Assembly (NCBI RefSeq): GCF_006345805.1
Contig: NW_021833464.1
Span: 1 to 29,097 of the forward strand
DNA: 29,097 nt
Direction of reading: 5' to 3'
DNA from: Octopus sinensis
Taxonomy: Eukaryota
A program made the translations under genes and the position numbers. Shown piece after piece: positions 27,140 through 29,097 of this stretch. Below the pieces are notes generated by a model. The model made no database searches and was not told the DNA's origin. It was given only the letters and a program-made list of their open reading frames with translations. The number at the start of each line of letters is the position of its first letter. Position 1 is the first letter of the stretch.

Positions 27140-28988
27140 CTAGCAGAATTGCCCGGCGTTGCTCGGGGCTGAATTGCTTGAAAGTACTGTTTAATAATTG
27201 CACTGAATTATGATGATTATTCAGGCAAATATTGATATACGTTCACGGCGAATAAATGTATTGTAAGTGTATAGAAAGCCGTGTAAAAGGTGTTCCTACC
27301 CCCTCGTAGAATGGTGTGTAAGAATTGAATGTGAGGTTGCCTTGAAAAGAGCCATGTTATTGTTCTCATAATTGTAAGAACTTGATAGTCGTGGAAGTCG
27401 ATGTTAAAACGTTCGCAGGTGATAGGGTCTCTTCGTTTTGCACGAACGGCAGCGGATGTGCTGTTACCAAAACTTGATGCTGTTGTTAAAGAGAGTGGAT
27501 TTCATATGTAGGCAAGAGAGAATGAAGCATGGGTAAGTAAATATGTAATTTATAAAATATAGAACAATAGCATCTACTCACCATATGTCAGACCGGCAAA
27601 ACTGTAATGGTGCTGATTAGGTGAATCACATTACAGTGGTGGAGATGTTTTCATTGATGGGCGTTTTGATTAAATTTGTTGTTGTATAAAATGATCTGTT
27701 GATTAGTTTCCAAAGTGTATGTTGCGATCGTGTTGTCGCTCATGTAAACTTTAGCAATGAGAGTGTAGATGTAGCGGGTAGATGTGTCATGTACGTTGGA
27801 TATAGAAGATGAGGCTGGTGGTTTGATGATGAATGGATAGAAATAGAGTTGAGCGAAGGACAGGTGTTGGTTAAGTGTGAATTAATGTTATGAAACGCCT
27901 AGAAATGTAAATGCCATCATAAAAGAGAGTCATATGTAAGTGAAATATTAACGTGTTTGAAAATGATGAAACGTAGTAATCCTATAGAACCTCCTTGTAC
28001 ACAATGTTTTTTGTTTTTCGTTGTGGAAGGAATGCGAAAGCATCACTGTTGCTGCCGACACGCGAGCAGCCAACATAAAGCTGACCACGAGAGAAACATG
28101 GCTCTCCCAAATGTATTCCTGCCACAGACAGTGTTTGACCCTGCGCTTTGTTAATTGACATTGAGAAACATGGCCTTACTGGGAACTGGGACCTCCGAAA
28201 TATGAAAGGTAGGTATGCTCCTGATGGAAAAAGATGCATCCTAGGTATGAGCACAACGTTGCCTCGACCGACCGCACCCTGTGATAATGGTGGCCTCAAT
28301 CAGATTGGGAGATAAGGACTTAACGATCAAACGTGTGCCATTACATTGTTTTGGGGGAACCAAATATCTAATGAGCATTATAGGGGCACCAACTTTAAGT
28401 TTGAGAATGTGTGGTGGTAGTCCGGGGGGCTCAAAGGAATTGAGTATCTCTATTGGATAATTGATGACGTCGTCTGGGTCAGGAGTTGCATCAATAGACT
28501 TATATACATAGACATCCCCAGGAATGAGTTTTAGCATTTCATCATTAATATGGTGAACAGTTTTATTCCTCGGGGCCAGAATAGCCCTTTGGCCAATCCA
28601 ATCTATATTCTGATAATTATCTTGTAGATCTGGGAAGACTGCATCTCTGAGATCAGAAGGCGTTTTAACAATGGTACAAATGAATCGAATGGCAATATTA
28701 CTATTTTCATCCGCTGGTATTTTGCCTTCGCCAAGTGCAAGGAGGGGTGGGAGAAAAGCTGCTGATGTGATATTAAGTCGCAATATGAGCACGCATATTG
28801 GTGTGAAGTTTAGAGTCTTCACCAGTGGCCACAATGTGGATGACTTAAGACACGCACTTACAGCATCAGCTCTAGTCCCTTTGGGAATAACGGGAAGTGT
28901 TTGTCGGAAGTCCCCTGAAAGAAGAAGTGTTTATGCCTCCATGGGAGACAAAGGGAGGCAGAAAAAATCTGCCTTTTATAATAAGAGA
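27140..28988 (-). mobile_element. Internally deleted Helitron (1849 bp)
   Basis: 5' A|TCTCTTATTATAAAAGG at 28988. 3' hairpin CCCGAGCAACGCCGGG (27167-27152) then CAATTCTGCTAG|T at 27140. Inserted in (TA)n and carries a helicase fragment. Confidence 0.92.
27982..28930 (-). pseudogene. Helitron Pif1-family helicase, C-terminal half (motifs III-VI), frameshifted
   Basis: LLSGDFRQTLPVIP (~28900-28927), LLALGEG, RAILAPRN, LPPHILKLKVGAPIMLIR, CNGTRL; after the frameshift QFPVRPCFSMSINKAQGQTL, GQLYVGCSRV and natural stop at 27982. Confidence 0.93.
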
Positions 28989-29018
28989 TATATATACACA
29001 TATATATTATATATATAT

Positions 29019-29061
<43 letters not shown>

Positions 29062-29097
29062 CATATATATATATACATATATATATATACATATATA
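28989..29097. repeat. (TA)n microsatellite
   Basis: Directly visible; runs off the window end. Confidence 0.95.

Noticed and set aside
28671-29030. 119-aa plus-strand ORF
   Set aside because: Antisense shadow of the helicase frame running into (TA)n.

Overview
Very AT-rich, repeat-saturated eukaryotic DNA. The SINE, LINE and microsatellite repertoire looks like Octopus (inference from recalled repeat families, not a search). No intact protein-coding gene, RNA gene, CRISPR array or prokaryote-type system is supported. About 5.5 kb is near-pure (TA)n, which produces most of the Y/I-rich ORFs in the track. The rest is layered mobile DNA: several Helitrons (one 1.85-kb deletion derivative keeping the C-terminal half of the Pif1 helicase), a decayed Tc1/mariner transposase, four fragments of R4/Dong-like REL-endonuclease LINEs, a 5'-truncated RTE LINE with a Cys-rich insert, two Penelope-like fragments and many tRNA-derived SINEs. 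The items most worth checking are a 107/108-identical inverted SINE-head duplication across a 2.1-kb TA tract, a 763-bp-period partial tandem repeat next to a Penelope remnant, a ~150-bp foldback hairpin, and a candidate 108-bp host exon. The exon and the CpG decay together suggest the window is intronic. I did not find a convincing novel biological system. Some oddities may be long-read assembly errors.
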